A DNA stretch of 62,242 nt, filler included, from Choristocarpus tenellus KU-1152 (lineage: Eukaryota; Protista; Phaeophyceae), in NCBI GenBank assembly GCA_964200185.2. It is 12 parts of 12 records of this genome, joined end to end, with 100 filler letters (N's around TTAATTAATTAA, not from the genome) between each part and the next. Parts side by side here need not be neighbours in the genome. Positions count along the whole stretch, not along the records: positions 58,864 to 62,242 come from CAXNAD020020430.1; 11 more parts are not named here. One strand, 5' to 3'. The number at the start of each line of letters is the position of its first letter. The first letter of the stretch is position 1. A program made the position numbers and the translations under genes. The notes under the pieces are model-generated. The model had not been told where the DNA came from. It did not search any database and worked only from the letters and a program-made list of their open reading frames with translations. This document shows, piece by piece, positions 59,330 through 62,242 of the stretch.

Positions 59330-61135
59330 ATTGTTGGAATCCATGGATTAATTTGGAACTGGAGTCCCTATGTTGGAGAAACTGGCAGAGTCGGCACTGA
59401 AATCCCTATCTATGCTGAAAACAAATGGCAGAGTCGGAACTGAAGCCCCTATGTTACAAATGGCAATTATGCATGCCACCGCAGCATGATCTAAGGTGAT
59501 GGATATTTATTATCCAGATAATGATTATTGCCTGTGGTAAGCATGAAACAGGTAGTCCCTGCATGGAACATAGGATAGCAGAAGTTGGAACCATGAAGTA
59601 ACCCACATCATAACAGATAACAATTTATGTAAGGTGTTTTGATTTTTTTGTCATTTTGTGTCTTTGAATATATATATATTCTATGTACATCAGGTACATG
59701 ACCCCCTTTATTCCCTTTTTTACTCCCCTTTTTTATATTATTCTCTCGTTTTATTTTTATATTTTATTTTTTTGTATTTTTTCCATATTTTATCTATCCC
59801 TTGCTTAACTTTTTTTTCTCCTTTCCTTTTCCCTTTTTATTATTTTTCCCTATTCATTTTTTCTTTGTTTTTTTTCTTTTCATTTTTGTTCGAGGCCGAC
59901 GTTGATGCTATTGCCTGTTTTACGCACTAATCAGATTATACTTGGAACTCTAGGGAAGCTGTACTTTAGAGAGAGTGAATATATCCTCAGATTAGGCTAC
60001 ATGCAGACAGATTTTCGCAAGTAGGTTAAGGATAGATGTTGTGAACCTAGTAGGAGTACGATATATGTTTTTCTCTCCTTCCTTTTTTTGCAACAGGAAG
60101 ATCTGAGGTGATTGATGATGTCTACTGTCTTCACCAGTGACAATCACCTGTGGTAAGCGTGAAACATATACTACTAGTTCACGCTGGGGGGCATCTTACA
60201 GGCAAATAGCGCGAGCATTTCTTGTTATGTTTTAGCAAATAGGAACATTTGTGACAGACATATAGTGTGAGATTGTCTCTCGCGTTCTAACAAGTGCGAA
60301 CAATATACGATATTAGCAACACATAGGTAGCCTTACAGAATAAATGACGATTTCATAGGAGATACAGAGTAAGATGCCGAATACATAGATAACAAACATT
60401 ACAGAAGAAAATGTCAAAGTTCCTAAGAAGTTGCAGAAGAAAGGTTTATGATTGGAGTACATGAAGAAGCAGTTGCATAGAAGAGACCAAAAAGAAATTA
60501 GGAGATATGTCGATCATTTGTTGGAAATATCTGGATAATTTGGAACCAAGGTCCCTGTCTTGGAAACAACAGGCACGTTTGGAACTGGAGTTCCCTCTTT
60601 TGTTTGATGGCAACCAACTCATGCTGCTACAGCGTGATCTGAGGTGATGGATGATATCTATTATCTAAAATATCTATTGTCTTAAACGGTAACAATCGCC
60701 TGTGGTAAGCGTGAAACATGTATACCTAGTTCACACTGGGGGGCATGTTACAGGCGAATAGCGCGGGTATTTCTTCCCGCGCCTTAACCGGTGCGAGTAG
60801 TGTATGCACTTGGGGAACCACCCCAAAAGGGGGAACTCCGATTTGCTAAAAAGTTGCAGAAAAAAATCTGTAACTCGGGAAAGTCGCAAAGGGTCCCTGA
60901 TGGAAAGGTCGCAAATGTTCTCTCAGATATATTCCAATGTCTGTAAACCAAAAGAAGCCCCAACGATAAATGATGATAAGAGATCCTAAAAACGGCTCCA
61001 AACGACTCAGTTCTTCTGACCCAGAGACCCCACCTTTTCAGTTCTCTTTTACTGATGATATCGATAAACATACTTTCCTTGTGCTACAGGCACCCCTCGG
61101 AACTCGCCTCCACAGAATGTACAACTCAAATCCAA
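59330..61135 (+). mobile_element. Rearranged 3' end fragments of the gypsy-like family (3' internal region, PPT, LTR starts)
   Basis: CCTGTGGTAAGC.TGAAACA block occurs three times; GGGGGGCA followed by T(C/G)TTACAGGC at 60194 and 60746; 60194-60500 matches the reverse complement of 38735-39085; inverted LTR-end fragment at 61082-61135. Confidence 0.7.
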
Positions 61136-61859
61136 TTCACGGATTAACGCACGTCAGCTCAGCAGAACAGGAGTACTCTCTCAGGTGAATCAAGTAGCAC
61201 AGTACAAAATAGGTTGAAGGTGGGTGTGTTTTCTCGTGTATGTCAGTAAATACATGCATGTAATCCAAAAAAATAACAAACCTTGACTACATACTGACAG
61301 TATCGCCAGTATTGAGGAGATACAATCCCCTCCCCCATACACATACCCATATTAATAATAATGTACATAGATGTGCAGATAGATTTTCGAGGTGGATGTA
61401 TGGGAGACAACAACAGCAGGATTCACATGCCATATATGGGCGTATAGCAACAGTCGGTGGGATTTTCCCTCTGACCATCTAACAATATTTCTCCTAAGCG
61501 TGAAAGTCATTAACTTTTCTGTGGACTATTTTTCGATTAATCAGTTTCCTGTTGGTCTGAGTGAGAGTTGAACTCAGGTATAACATTACGACTTTTGCAG
61601 GAGTCGTGGATTATAGATTTCAAGTTGACATGTAGAAATCTAATTTTTTCTTCCGAAATTAAATTCTCTGTGGTATCAGGAAGACTCACACGTTATCCTA
61701 GATAAATGAAATCATGAAATTAATTTCTGAAAGAATATTTGGAACCCTTGACAAATTTCTGGTTAGGTTCGACTCTTTTACTTATTTTTTTCTCCATCAA
61801 TTACAATTTTATCAGCCACAGAAAAAGCCTCCATGTCTACCTTCGGTGGTGTGTGTTCA

Positions 61860-62219
61860 AGCTCACAAGACAATGCCTCTTTCTGACCTCTGTGTGCTCC
61901 ACACTGAAGTCATTCCCTCCTTTGTATCTAATCATTTGACTGCACACCACAAAAAGGACCTGCCAAGCCCTCTCAAGTGTGGTTTCCTCGTACTCCTCAA
62001 ACTGTTTCTTAATGACCTTCACCATCTCCTTGATGGACCCAAACCGCTCCCCCATCACCCAGCATTTCAAAGACCTGAAGAAGCACAGGTCCATGATATT
62101 GAGGTCGGGCGAGTTGCTGCATCACAAGCCTAATCGACCACCCCTCAGTCTTCCCTGCCCCTGAAAAGATTTCTGAGCTGCCCTTACCCGTGTGGGGGGG
62201 GTGACACCGTCTTACTGAA
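61860..62219 (-). pseudogene. Tc1/mariner transposase relic, C-terminal catalytic region
   Basis: Q*DGVTP-HTGKG...NSPDLNIMDLCFFRSLK...IRYKGGNDF. Confidence 0.85.
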
Positions 62220-62242
62220 GGGCCAAAGTATCTAGGGTGGGG
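62220..62242. mobile_element. MITE family B terminus at the window end
   Basis: GGGCCAAAGTATCTAGGGTGGGG. Confidence 0.7.

Noticed and set aside
59640-59900. Phe-rich 90-aa ORF
   Set aside because: Low-complexity T-rich tract.
27040-62219. RIP-like or targeted C-to-T mutation of TEs (many Trp/Gln codons turned to stops)
   Set aside because: These are the commonest nonsense transitions anyway; context bias cannot be established by eye.

Overview
Eukaryotic, intron-rich, transposon-dense DNA. The gene style and TTAGGG/CCCTAA traces are compatible with a brown alga or other stramenopile; this is inference only. The window is 12 short contigs joined by 11 artificial 100-bp spacers (N44-TTAATTAATTAA-N44), so adjacency across spacers is not biological. 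Host genes: a spliced katanin p60 gene (minus, <1-5842) and the 3' part of a BIRC6-type ubiquitin-conjugating (UBC) gene (minus, ~16620-20375). Decayed mobile DNA: three Ty1/copia remnants plus a solo LTR, a Ty3/gypsy-like element with LTR and a tRNA-Gln-like PBS, two mariner (ITm) transposase relics, and a spliced Sola-like transposase relic. The dominant signal is about 29 copies or fragments of two related MITE families (A ~258 bp, B ~180 bp). Their ends share a bipartite signal, G-N4-AAAGTATCT / spacer / GTCCATTTG. The spacer is 16-18 nt at one end and 26-30 nt at the other, an asymmetry of about one helical turn reminiscent of the RAG 12/23 rule. They make both 3-bp and 4-bp target-site duplications (TSDs). 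MITE strand convention: + means the short-spacer arm is on the left.
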